Below are positions 33,301 to 42,800 of a stretch of DNA of 64,000 nt, piece by piece (position 1 is the stretch's first letter; every line of letters begins with the position of its first letter). The position numbers and the translations under genes were made by a program. Source of the DNA: Lingula anatina (lineage: Eukaryota; Animalia; Brachiopoda); contig CM120649.1 in the NCBI GenBank assembly GCA_051362555.1, forward strand, positions 14,818,001 through 14,882,000, read 5' to 3'. The notes below the pieces were generated by a model that ran no database searches, was not told where the DNA came from, and was given only the letters and a program-made list of their open reading frames with translations.

Positions 33301-34880
33301 AGAACATTAAGAAAATCAATACCCCCTCCTTCTAGTATCCATAGTACCCAAATGCCTGTTTTATAAAATAACTTTTCTGAAAATTGAGCTGAAGTTTTAA
33401 GTCAAATTTACTTTAAATCGACTCGAGATATATCAAAAGCTGTCCAATTAAATTATCCAGTTCTACGACAAGAAAGATGGGGCTACTGTTTCAAGCCAAT
33501 ACTTCCTTTAATTAAGTGGTCTACTGTGGACAACTCTCAGACTGAAGTAAACTGCATCTTTGTTCTAAAAGATAAGACAATTTTTCAGGCAAAAGCTCTT
33601 TTGTGAGAACAGTGCCAAGTCTTACAGGTACAGATGTACAAGGACAAATTAAGAACTGTTCACAGAAGTCCAAAACCAGTTACAGATTATCCAGTGGGCA
33701 GTTGACGTCAGTTGGGACCATTTCCGGTCAAAGCGAGTGCGGTAGTGAACCTGCCTGTGCATGTTTCCCACACTGACGTCTGCCCTGAAGACAACTCATT
33801 TTACGAGTCTGACAGAGGGCAGATGATAATGCCATGGCAACATTCATTAAATTAGCCATTTTGTTAAATATTTGTGAGATAGGGCAAAATGGTGGCACGC
33901 TTCAAACATTTACGACCGGTTTTGGTTGGTTGTTCTGCTCTTGGGCTTGTTAGGAGATGGAAAGTTTAATAAGGAAAGAGGCACCCAGGTGGATAAAAGT
34001 TTTGAATCAAGTGATGTTGTCATGTTTTCTGCTACTATAGTAGTAGTACTAGTAGTAAGATCATCTAGATGCTACTATTTAATGACCTTACATCTTTGGG
34101 ATTTGCCCTCAATTTCCTACAGGCATTAATTGGAACAAGGCTATTGTAGCCAACTAACCATGATTTTTATGTATTTATTAATATTTAATTATTTATTATG
34201 AACAGAGAGTGAGAGTCTGTTTTTTTTTATTCTTTTTCATTTTGTGTAGAGGAATATTTTATGTTATGTTCATCTTATGTCTACAAGACTATATAACATA
34301 AGATGTATAAGTAATAAGAATTCCTTGCAAAGGTCTCTGTACATGTCAAGCATTTCATCTATGCTGAAGGATAACAGCTGTGACTGTGGTCAAATATTTT
34401 TAATGATTAGGACTTGTGCACTCATGGCTTTCACTGGACCAATGGGGGGGGGGGGGGGTAACCAATGCAACATTACATGCTCATTGTAATTGTTATCTAA
34501 TTTAAATTTTATTTATTAAATTTTATTTATTTATTTATATATTGGCATCACATTTGTGCAGGTTGCATTAATTCAGAGGCCAGTCTCAAGGTGAATTTAC
34601 ACTTCCCTTGTGACAGCTTTACTTAATACATAATGTCACAGTGGGCCAGAACATTCAACTGTTTCATTCATCACTATTGAACAGGCTGTTTGCTTTTATT
34701 AATTAATATTATGTCATTGTTATTCTCGTTGCAGATCTGGCCAAAAGATACACCAACCCTTATGAGGATTCCTACCTCACTTTGAAGACATTCGTAGACA
34801 AGAAACTTCGTGTAAGTGCTTACTCCCAGGTCAGTCTTGCAACCCTATTTGATGGGCTGGGATTGCTCAGTTTGAAATAA
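5578..34880 (+). CDS. POLA1: DNA polymerase alpha catalytic subunit (p180); whole gene span, 37 coding exons, 1491 aa
   Basis: Hand-spliced exons give one uninterrupted 4476-nt frame. It carries B-family motifs [28 protein letters not shown] and [10 protein letters not shown], the Pol-alpha N-terminal [22 protein letters not shown] and two C-terminal Cys4 clusters, and is colinear with human POLA1 as recalled. Confidence 0.98.
6082..6194 (+). CDS. POLA1: POLA1 exon 2
   Basis: [38 protein letters not shown]; aag|...|gtatga. Confidence 0.92.
6594..6690 (+). CDS. POLA1: POLA1 exon 3
   Basis: [32 protein letters not shown]; tag|...|gtaaat. Confidence 0.95.
6955..7032 (+). CDS. POLA1: POLA1 exon 4
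   Basis: [26 protein letters not shown]; tag|...|gtgaga. Confidence 0.95.
7320..7444 (+). CDS. POLA1: POLA1 exon 5
   Basis: AKKAVEQ...[17 protein letters not shown] (conserved IKSMF); cag|...|gtatgg. Confidence 0.92.
7785..7912 (+). CDS. POLA1: POLA1 exon 6
   Basis: [18 protein letters not shown]... (Ctf4/AND-1-binding-like helix); cag|...|gtaagt. Confidence 0.92.
8288..8500 (+). mobile_element. Degenerate non-autonomous Helentron-like (HINE/DINE-like) element
   Basis: 5' acctttgcaaagaagattatgtttt and 3' ccttggaagggatttgtagtctctgaatgcttttctag resemble the recalled termini ACCTCCGCCAAGGAGGTTATG...TTGGCGGAGGT...TGCTTTCTAGT; shares cagcctaa-tca-aagttatgg with the copy at 15523. Confidence 0.55.
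8530..8780 (+). CDS. POLA1: POLA1 exon 7
   Basis: [16 protein letters not shown]...IKVKVEPK; cag|...|gtatgt; phases match neighbours. Confidence 0.88.
8999..9119 (+). CDS. POLA1: POLA1 exon 8
   Basis: [18 protein letters not shown]...DSKPV; cag|...|gtaggt. Confidence 0.85.
9414..9589 (+). CDS. POLA1: POLA1 exon 9
   Basis: [10 protein letters not shown]...[27 protein letters not shown]; tag|...|gtaggg. Confidence 0.92.
9948..10060 (+). CDS. POLA1: POLA1 exon 10
   Basis: [38 protein letters not shown]; cag|...|gtaagt. Confidence 0.96.
10104..10173 (+). repeat. 70-bp intronic duplicate of POLA1 exon 9 (source 9429-9498)
   Basis: 69/70 identity; abuts C22 tract 10173-10194. Confidence 0.95.
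10400..10516 (+). CDS. POLA1: POLA1 exon 11
   Basis: [23 protein letters not shown]...FKSR; cag|...|gtaggt. Confidence 0.93.
10822..10896 (+). CDS. POLA1: POLA1 exon 12
   Basis: [25 protein letters not shown]; cag|...|gtaaga. Confidence 0.94.
11266..11345 (+). CDS. POLA1: POLA1 exon 13
   Basis: [26 protein letters not shown]; cag|...|gtaagt. Confidence 0.95.
11641..11705 (+). CDS. POLA1: POLA1 exon 14
   Basis: [21 protein letters not shown]; cag|...|gtaagt. Confidence 0.95.
12051..12208 (+). CDS. POLA1: POLA1 exon 15
   Basis: [13 protein letters not shown]...PPPPLVSM...KTHQNE; cag|...|gtgaga. Confidence 0.95.
12553..12637 (+). CDS. POLA1: POLA1 exon 16
   Basis: [28 protein letters not shown]; cag|...|gtaagt. 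Confidence 0.95.
12912..12973 (+). CDS. POLA1: POLA1 exon 17
   Basis: [21 protein letters not shown]; cag|...|gtcgga (weak donor). Confidence 0.88.
13343..13438 (+). CDS. POLA1: POLA1 exon 18
   Basis: [32 protein letters not shown]; tag|...|gtacgt. Confidence 0.95.
13978..14094 (+). CDS. POLA1: POLA1 exon 19
   Basis: [16 protein letters not shown]...[18 protein letters not shown]; cag|...|gtcagt. Confidence 0.95.
14491..14678 (+). CDS. POLA1: POLA1 exon 20
   Basis: GGPGRGF...[26 protein letters not shown]...; tag|...|gtgaga. Confidence 0.96.
15200..15329 (+). CDS. POLA1: POLA1 exon 21
   Basis: SSKHLMEL...[19 protein letters not shown]; cag|...|gtgagt. Confidence 0.96.
15523..15738 (+). 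mobile_element. Degenerate Helentron-like element, second copy
   Basis: aaaggaggttatattgtcacc ... cagcctaactcagaaagttatgg ... tctgggtgcttttctagtt. Confidence 0.55.
15846..15962 (+). CDS. POLA1: POLA1 exon 22
   Basis: [20 protein letters not shown]...PDKQ...; cag|...|gtgagt. Confidence 0.96.
16170..16400 (+). CDS. POLA1: POLA1 exon 23 (polymerase region II)
   Basis: [40 protein letters not shown]; cag|...|gtgagc. Confidence 0.97.
16595..16747 (+). CDS. POLA1: POLA1 exon 24
   Basis: [22 protein letters not shown]; cag|...|gtttga. Confidence 0.96.
17213..17335 (+). CDS. POLA1: POLA1 exon 25 (region III)
   Basis: [41 protein letters not shown]; cag|...|gtgagg. Confidence 0.97.
20429..20459. 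repeat. (TA)n microsatellite
   Basis: Directly visible. Confidence 0.9.
21338..21385. repeat. (CT)n microsatellite
   Basis: Directly visible. Confidence 0.9.
22532..22564 (+). CDS. POLA1: POLA1 exon 26 (33-nt mini-exon)
   Basis: [11 protein letters not shown] fills the gap to human ILMHTKEMVQK; strong pyrimidine tract cag|...|gtaagt. Confidence 0.93.
22875..22967 (+). CDS. POLA1: POLA1 exon 27 (catalytic region I)
   Basis: [31 protein letters not shown]; cag|...|gtagtt. Confidence 0.97.
23001..23210. mobile_element. Same MITE family, copy 2 (POLA1 intron 27)
   Basis: Aligns end to end with copy 1; flanked by TTA...TTA. Confidence 0.8.
23501..23703 (+). CDS. POLA1: POLA1 exon 28
   Basis: [18 protein letters not shown]...KKKKYAAL...[15 protein letters not shown]; cag|...|gtatgt. 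Confidence 0.97.
23859..23993. mobile_element. Small TIR element (CAGGG termini)
   Basis: cagggatgaga ... tctcatctctg inverted termini; related degenerate copy near 32352-32489; no clear TSD. Confidence 0.4.
24085..24217 (+). CDS. POLA1: POLA1 exon 29
   Basis: [30 protein letters not shown]...FYITK; cag|...|gtagga. Confidence 0.95.
24267..24356. repeat. Compound (GT)n/(GCGT)n/(GA)n microsatellite
   Basis: Directly visible. Confidence 0.9.
24584..24715 (+). CDS. POLA1: POLA1 exon 30
   Basis: [25 protein letters not shown]...[10 protein letters not shown]; tag|...|gtaagg. Confidence 0.96.
25070..25145 (+). CDS. POLA1: POLA1 exon 31
   Basis: [25 protein letters not shown]; tag|...|gtaggc. 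Confidence 0.95.
27022..27120 (+). CDS. POLA1: POLA1 exon 32
   Basis: [33 protein letters not shown]; cag|...|gtaagt. Confidence 0.96.
27328..27503 (+). CDS. POLA1: POLA1 exon 33
   Basis: GLDPTGY...[29 protein letters not shown]; aag|...|gtaagt. Confidence 0.95.
27719..27892. mobile_element. Possible related Harbinger-type MITE remnant
   Basis: Begins taa|gggtgtattc like copy 1, then diverges; right end uncertain. Confidence 0.35.
28177..28308 (+). CDS. POLA1: POLA1 exon 34
   Basis: [16 protein letters not shown]...[16 protein letters not shown]; cag|...|gtaaga. Confidence 0.95.
28866..28982 (+). CDS. POLA1: POLA1 exon 35
   Basis: [19 protein letters not shown]...[12 protein letters not shown]; cag|...|gtgagt. 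Confidence 0.96.
30281..30862. repeat. 43-bp minisatellite, about 13 copies (POLA1 intron 35)
   Basis: Unit gtcctgtgtgtgaacaaacctagtttatttctggtcctagtta; near-identical centre, degenerate left edge. Confidence 0.95.
32175..32246. mobile_element. Same MITE family, truncated copy 3
   Basis: taa|gggtgcattcccagagatttagatcgatcc...cacgctaaatt matches the 5' end of copies 1 and 2. Confidence 0.75.
32556..32649 (+). CDS. POLA1: POLA1 exon 36
   Basis: [31 protein letters not shown]; cag|...|gtaaga. Confidence 0.95.
34735..34880 (+). CDS. POLA1: POLA1 exon 37 (last coding exon, TAA at 34878-34880)
   Basis: [18 protein letters not shown]...[21 protein letters not shown]; matches human C-terminal SGYSEVNLSKLF. 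Confidence 0.92.
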
Positions 34881-35015
34881 GGTCAATCTACCACTGGACT
34901 TGGATTGGCCAGAAATAATTAGGTCATTTTGCCTGAAGTTGTTGCTGGACTTTGATTGGTCAGTTTGAAATAAGGTCAATCTTGCACCGGACTTTGATTG
35001 GTCTATTTGAAATGA
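34859..35015 (+). repeat. Degenerate ~42-bp tandem repeat overlapping the POLA1 stop codon
   Basis: About 3.5 units of gattggtcagtttgaaataaggtcaatct...ggact. Confidence 0.8.
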
Positions 35016-35425
35016 TGCCATTCTTATAAAAATCCTCATTGGTTCAGTGTTGGTCAGCTGGTGTGAGTCTGGCCAATTTCAGGGCACTTCTTTATGGAAT
35101 CACCAAGGTCTGTTTCAATAAGTTGTGAACATACCCCCTTGTTGAACATTGAAGCACATTATCATCGTTTTCTCTTTTCTCATCTTTTTAATGATAAAAA
35201 ACTTCACCCTGTAAAACCACGATACAGATTAAATGTAATTGATATTTTATGATCATTTAATTGTTGTAGATAAGAGATCTGTTGCGTACTATTAAGTGTC
35301 TTAAGCCATGTTTGCATGTTTGTGTCACTTTATGTCCAATATTACACATGTATTATTATCCTTTTGTCCTGATTAACATAGTTTTACATAAGATTTAGCA
35401 TGTAATTGGAGTGACAGATGTACTT

Positions 35426-35431
35426 AATAAA
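35426..35431 (+). terminator. Candidate POLA1 polyadenylation signal
   Basis: First canonical AATAAA I could find after the stop (~550 nt); other sites are possible. Confidence 0.35.
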
Positions 35432-38304
35432 TAGCAAGATTTATGATTAATTAAGTGCAAAATTTCCATAATAACATGAATTAAAAAGCACTCAGTTAAA
35501 TGGCATGTATTATTATGTGTAATTATATTTTTCCTGAAAAATTATTTTTACATTAAATAGGACTTGGGTTATGTACCAGATGTTTGAAATTGTTTGCAAA
35601 AATTTAAAAGGATAAAAGTTGAAAGAACATGATAAATTTTGATTTGACATGAAATGACATGTATAATATTTACTTTGAATTTTCTATAAAAAAAAGTAAC
35701 ATGTTGCCTATACGTTTTTATGATACAGATGGTGTATAAAGATGCTATTATTTATGACAAGCGAAGAAATGGATAACCCTTCGCATGAGAAAAAATAAGT
35801 AATATGGCACTGAACTTTTGTGTACAATTTCACATGCATTGTGTACTTCACAAACATTTTAATGAGAAACTGGTGCCGAAAACTGTGAAGTCGGAAACTA
35901 CCAAAATTGAACTCTTTCGCTCTAATGTTGTACAGTATATATAATTGTATGTGGGACTATGTCTAAATAAAATGTGAAATTTTCAGGTACGTTTTGGTTG
36001 TTAGACCGTTTTCGTTTCTTTGAGGGGAAGGGGGGGGGGTAGTTTTTAGTGTCAGGGGGTAATGGAACCGCACTAGAACCTCCGGTAACAAGCCGAGAGG
36101 TAAGAAAATAATAACAAATTGAATTATGGATAAGCGATTTTTGCAACTGTCACTGCATTCTCGTCGTACGGTGTGCCTGTAAAAGGATCAGCGTCAAAGG
36201 CCGTTCATGTGTTGTTATTTGCCGAATTTTTTTTCATTCTGTATGTAAAATGTTTTGAAAGTGTAAGTTCCTAACTAACACTGGGGGCGCTGAACCAGCC
36301 ACGAAGGCAGTTTCGGAACTAGAGGTGCTTAAGAAAAATAATTGATCTTTTCAGTATTGAGAGCCTAGAAGCGAATAAAAATCATTCTGTGCTCATTGAA
36401 ATATTATTAGTAATATCTAGGTATATTGATTAGTAATTTTATTGAGCACAGAAATGTTTTTACATTTAAAAGTCTCTCTAATTACTTAATATTCTATTAA
36501 TATTTTTATTAGTACATTAATATTAATGATAGTAAATAAATGGAAAAATCGATATACTGCACAGTAGTGTTATACAATATACATTATAAAGAGATACAAG
36601 TAAAATGGATGAGATCCTTTGTGTATTTGTTACTAATTATTTGCGTTTATCATCATCTTACTTACAAATTTCTAATACAAATATTGCATCCTAGCTAATA
36701 TATATAAAGAAATATACCGTCAAATTCTGTTCAAGAGAATTATTTTCCCCCAAATTTAATACTAAAATTCTACGCCGCTTGTATCTTAAGCCAAGGAATT
36801 TGTCGTACAGCTAATAAGAACATACTTAAATCCAACGATTCTTATTCAAGATCACCGCCGGGTCTCGTTGAACTGACAGTCTGCGTAATCTTTTTTTACA
36901 ACCGAAATCGGATTTTCCACCGTCTTAGATACAAAAATAGCAGCAGCAGGAAACGTGTGGTATCGTGTGAACTTGTTTGGTAATTTAGGCACCAACCTGA
37001 CCTACTCGCGAAACCTCACAACGGGTTCTAATTAATTTGATTAGTAATTTAGTGGAGAAAAATCACATGAGCGAGATTGAAGGTTTTCGTGTTTGTGGAA
37101 GAACGCCGGAAGTCCCCAGTTCTTTATGGGTGTTTCGTCATCTTAAGTCTAATTTCCCGTGGGTCTCTTAATCGAATTATTCATACATTTAAATAATGTT
37201 ACTTGAGACCGAGCCAGTTGCATGCATGTTCTTAGTTCGTGCGTTTTTCAATAAAAATGCTATAAGTTTTAGAGTTCAAGTGAGGATTTTTTTTATTGCC
37301 GTCACCAGACGGTAAAGGAGTGTAAAACGAACGCTTTATTATCTCCAAAATCCTGCTGTTACCTTAAATGTTAGGTAAACTGCCGTAATTAAAACAATTC
37401 CTTATTGCAATAAAAGATGCTTTTAAAGTGCAAAGTAATTTCCATAAAAAGTGTCATTTTCCACTAGTCATTTGCAGCCCTACAACGATTTTGAAGTAAT
37501 TATGGGTAGATGTAATTTTAGATTTTGTAGGTTTTTAGGTGTTTTCAGATATTTCAAGGCATTTCAGGTGTGGTTGCAGCCTGTCAATTCTATTTCTTTT
37601 ATTTATTTAACTATTACACTTTATTCACGAAGGGTGAAAACATGGTAAATAAAAACTTTATCCTCCCCTTTGATCCTGTTTTTTTCACATAAGGACAACG
37701 TTCACTTTTACTATATGGCCTATGAAGTAAAAAATAACAATTTAAAACTTACAGTAAAGCGTCCTGTTTCAGGTCATCAAAACCCCCAACAGAGTGTTGT
37801 TATATTCAGCAACGATCTGGCTGGAAAGACATTAAAGAGTAAAGTTTAATTTTAACAATCCAAAAGGTAAAATGGTTTTCCGCTTATCGTTTTATCGGTG
37901 AAAGTGCACGGCGACGACAGACGCAGGTGACGGCTATATGTACAGACACATCGGTGTCTGTACATAAAAACAGTAAAGTGATTGGGATATAAAATGCTCA
38001 AACACTCCAGGCTAATTATGCTAAATAAATATCTTGCGAACATATAATGATACATGTGAAAACGTTATTGTACTGCTACATTTGCCATTAGCCAATTATT
38101 TACTCTTGTTTCAATGGCGACGCTTTGTCATATAGTTCAACAAAATACCTTTCCAAAAACTTTCTGCTTGCAAAGTTGCAAGGTGCCCCCTGTTAATGTA
38201 GCATAAACTCGTTTTCTGGATGTAATTGTGTTGTTTTAGTTTCTTAGACTATGTTTAGAATTGGGAAATTATTCCGAGCTTTAGATGTTTGCGTGAGAGA
38301 GAGG

Positions 38305-38308
<4 letters not shown>

Positions 38309-38348
<40 letters not shown>

Positions 38349-38381
38349 GGAGAGAGAGAGAGAGAGAGAGAGGGAGGGAGG
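38309..38381. repeat. Compound (GT)n/(GA)n microsatellite
   Basis: Directly visible; similar tracts at 38740-38795 and 39823-39903. Confidence 0.9.
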
Positions 38382-38753
38382 AAGCGAGAGAGCGCGAGGT
38401 GGGCGGTGAGTAATGTGTTTAATAAAAACCACACGTGCTCATCGGTGCGCGTGTGTGCATGCTGGAAATAATAAAAGGAATATGAAATGCCAATAACTGC
38501 TGTATTAAACTACCAAATCAAATTTATTACAGTATACGATTTCTTCAGGCCGTGGCGCATTTCGTGCGCTGCGCATATCACTTTGCCATTAGATGCTAAT
38601 ATATGAATCGCCATACAGTAATATTACTAGCAGGGATGATTATTCGATAATAATAAAATATAGAGGTCTTGTGTTGGCGTGTGAACGGATACGGTTCTGC
38701 TTCCGCTCCTAGAGCCTTCTAGCTGGAGATATAATTAGCTCTCTCTCTCTCTC

Positions 38754-38795
<42 letters not shown>

Positions 38796-39831
38796 AGTGC
38801 GCGCTTGCGGCTGTGTGAAATGCGCGCACAGCTCTCTCCCCTCTCCCTCTGCTAATCCATGATTTGGTTTCGAACCTGGTCTAAATTTTTAAGTCAACTA
38901 TCCCACAAAGTTTACCACACAAACTGAAGAGCTTCCGGCTTTACAGGGGCTATCAATTGCATTGTAAATTACAAACCACACAGTGACATACCAGCAAATG
39001 TAATCAATTTGTCCTATTTTTTTATGACTTCGCTTATTGTAAACCAGTTAAAGAGCGTTGACAATGCAGTTGCAAGCAGGAATCGAAATTCAATATCGCC
39101 CCTTTTATCAACCTAAATGGCCTTAATTAGTTAGTAACGAATTTTTCAAAACATATCCAGCCGCTGGTGTTTACTTAATTGATATCACTTAATTCTTTGC
39201 CTCTCTGTAAGCCTTTCATCGTCAATTTTTCATTTTTCGAAATCAACTTTTGTGAAGGAGTGTCGGTTTCTTTTACTGTGGTTTTCTTCTGTAAGGAACT
39301 TTGCTTAATTAGCGGCGCCCATACAAAGACAGCGTCTCGTACTCTGTGCTAATATTGAGATACACAGGGATGGTAACAGATGCCGGGGTTTTCTTTGCTT
39401 TAACTCGGGAATGTGTTTGACGCGTTGTTTACAGGGTCCCTCAGGTGTCTGTGAATTATTGAAACGTGGCTCGAGGCAAGTTTGACAAATGTGTGGAAAC
39501 TTAAATGTGATTTGTGTTTTTAGTGTTTTTCTTTTTCATCACCTCCATCTCTCTTTCTCTCTTGATCTTCTTTTTCTTCTTCTTCTTTATCACCCCCTCT
39601 ATATCATACACCTGCTTGTGACCGCATTTCCAAAACGTATAATGACATCTTTCCAACCCAGCTGTAAGAAGAACCAAATGTCGCTCTTGTGCGTTTCCAG
39701 AATACGTCTGATTCGCCTCAACCACATTAACTTAAAGTGACAAAATAACGAGCTTGTGATTTTCAAATCATGTCAAAAGCCGATCGCACGCGTATGTATG
39801 TTTAGCGTGCGTTGCTTTGGAAGAGAGAGAG

Positions 39832-39866
<35 letters not shown>

Positions 39867-42800
39867 ATGGCGTGCGTCTGCCAGAGAGAGAGAGAGAGAG
39901 AGACGAAAAAGATAAAGAAGACAGAGTTGTTGGCTTAAGCAGGAGAAAATACACCCTTCTGCTCAAATATGGGGCCACTTTTAAGGGGGTGGTACCCCGG
40001 GGGCCCGGATTGGGTCACCCCTGTCTTGTTTTCCTTTTTTGTTTGCCCTACTACATTGTATATTTCCTAGCAAACAAACAAACGTTTATTCAGCTAACTG
40101 TGTGTCACGTCCTAAAGAGCATTCAATTTCTAAAGCTTGACTTCAACATTCGAAAAGTTACTCTGTTCCAAATAAGTATTTTTAAAGATCCTATTACGTA
40201 CGTCTAATTATAGCCAGCACACATTGAAAAGAAAAGAAAAAAAGAGCGAATGATTTGGACTTCAAAAGTCAAAAACCGTCGATTATGATTCGAAACGATG
40301 GATGCAAAACAAATTTGTTACAGTAAATTAATTCAATTGCCGGGCGAGAGGAGGGAAAATTTGCACGCCGTAATTGGATCAACAAAACGCCACTTCCTTC
40401 CGAATACGGGGCCTGACCCTATCCCCTTCTCCCCTGCACGGTCAACACACATTTCTGTTTGTTCACTTTATTAAATGTATATAACCCATTAACAGAAGTT
40501 ATTTCTCTTCGCCGCAACGCGAAAAATGTACAATTATCACAGCACAACCGTTGTTAATTGAAAGAGTAAAGCTACTATTGAATTTGGACGATTATCGCTT
40601 ATTGACATAACGTAAGGAATACAAGATTCCCAATTATCGCTGGAGAATAGCAAGGGAAGGCGGAGTATTTTCCAACTAATTGAGTCGAACGTTATCAATA
40701 TTATTCTTCGGTGAAAGGCCCGAGTTAGCGGTATTGTGATCGGAGGGATGTATAAATATGAGAAATAGAGGGAATATCAACATCGTTATTAACGGCTGTT
40801 TTTGTGGGATACTGGTAATTGCCACGGCGTTCTGTACAAGTGACTCGGGTGACGAGAGCGTCGGGGCAGATCATCGCAGAGATCGTGTGAAATAGGAAGA
40901 AAGCAAGTGGAAGAGGGTCGGACGAGGGAATTCACGAGCGCCCGTGTACTCTCTTAATCGCTTCTGAGGTAAACTCTGGTCAATACCCTGTGCTGAACGG
41001 AACCAGTTTTTTTCTATCCGAACAGATCACCAAAAGGAGTAGTTCACGGTAAGCGCATGAAGGGTTTGCACGAGCAATTCACTCCCTTGTCTTATTATAA
41101 TCATCGCGTACAGTGTGTAGAGCGCATGCCCAAGGGACGCGACAGTTCTTACAAAAAGACAAAAACGATACGTTGCGTTAATCACTGTGCCAATGACATT
41201 ATCGAATGCGTAATGACAGTTAAGCTAGTGTAGTTTTATTTCAATTTATCAACCTAAATGACGAAGTCTCTAATTGTATGTTTCTAGAACAGGACTACAA
41301 TTCAAGCCAAGGAAAACTACGGCGGACCTCACTGTTAGACCAACCAACAGACTTTGAGCGGGGAAGGGCGTGAGCACGAACAAATTCGCTTGCGCGTAAT
41401 TTACCCACGTCAGCTGCAAAACAGCGATATCAAAAAGGGCAAAAAAGAAAAAAAAATTCCTCTTATGACCAACAGTATGCACACATTGTGACATAGTACG
41501 CTTCATTCCCACTAGAAGAATCTCGTGACTTTTGCCGTGTGCGTCGTAATACTTGGGCACGTTTTGTTTTAAAGGACAGCGGTGGTTTCTGCGACGCCAA
41601 AATGTCCACTGTACTGGACCTTTGCGTGACACGGACAACGCCATGCAAATGCTTGACATTTGAGATTTGCCTTTGATTGTCTTCAATGAAGTAAGATTTC
41701 GTCAGCCTTTGGTTGGTCAGGAAAAGAAATCTACATTGCCAAAAGTTACGTGTCATGGTATTTCGCCTGACCTAGCCTTGACTCTGAAAGTTCGTGCAGA
41801 TTTCAACAGCGTCTGTGGTACATATTCTTACGGCATGCTGTAGGTAAGGTTAAAAACAGCTTTTGAAGTTTTCTCAGATGAAAGATATTGAGCATTCTGC
41901 CGCTTAGGAAAAACTTTTTTATCAAGGCGTTTCTTTTTTTTTCTTCTTTTTTTCTTGACACAAATTCGAAGAAGTGAAATACCGCCCCTTTCAGTGTAGT
42001 CATTTTGTTTAGATTTAGCACTGAGTGACATAAGTGTCGTGTACTGATAATTTTTTCCGGGTTTCGTAACCTTTGCACGCGTCCCTTGAAAGGACGGTCG
42101 CACTATTTGACCTTACAACGACACTTACGAAGATGTTAGTACAAAAGCAAAGCTGTCGCATCATTCACCCTATTAGGTAGACACTTCTTAAAGTCATTAT
42201 AACTGTCATCAAGGAAATAGAAGGCATTTTCTTGGGAACACAGTTGGGAAACTGTCAGAAGTCTTGGAACGCAGCCAAGCAGGCACCGAAGAAGCGATAT
42301 CAATTCCCTTCAAGGAAACCTTACTGAGGTAAAGTGTGGTGTGTAAGGGATAATAAGTTGGTTAATTATCCCCAATCCTTCCATAATATCTGGGTTTCAT
42401 CTCGTAGTACTTACCTGCTGCTGTTGTTCGACACTGACCTAGACCCTTTTAACATTGAGCGGTATGCTTTAGCGATACGGCGTGTATCGGTACGCTTTGA
42501 GAGATGGTTAACTTAAAAGCCTGGTAATTGCGTAAAAGAGTCATACCTAAGCGGAGACTCGGCCAAGTAATTAACATAACTAAACCACAGGTAGCGATCG
42601 CACTTGTAGGCAGATTGTGCAAGTGAGTGAAATCCTCTGTAGCGCCACCTAAAATTGTACTCTTACAAAATGAATAAATATACCGCTCGCTGTGTAAAGG
42701 ACTTTTCATCATTATATCGTTGCGGTATATGGGTATGTCTCGGACGAATATCCACAAGCGCAGGTGCGCCCACAAACACGAGCGCACGTTCGCAGGTACC

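Noticed and set aside
5621-34734. Intronic sno/scaRNA like human SCARNA23 in POLA1, and U12-type or GC-AG introns
   Set aside because: No convincing box C/D or H/ACA structure seen by eye and all introns are ordinary GT-AG; an Infernal/Rfam scan would be needed to exclude small RNAs.
36279-36293. CTCF-like motif at the CpG boundary (also partial matches near 42641 and 58057)
   Set aside because: Only partial matches to the consensus; not distinguishable from chance without a PWM scan.
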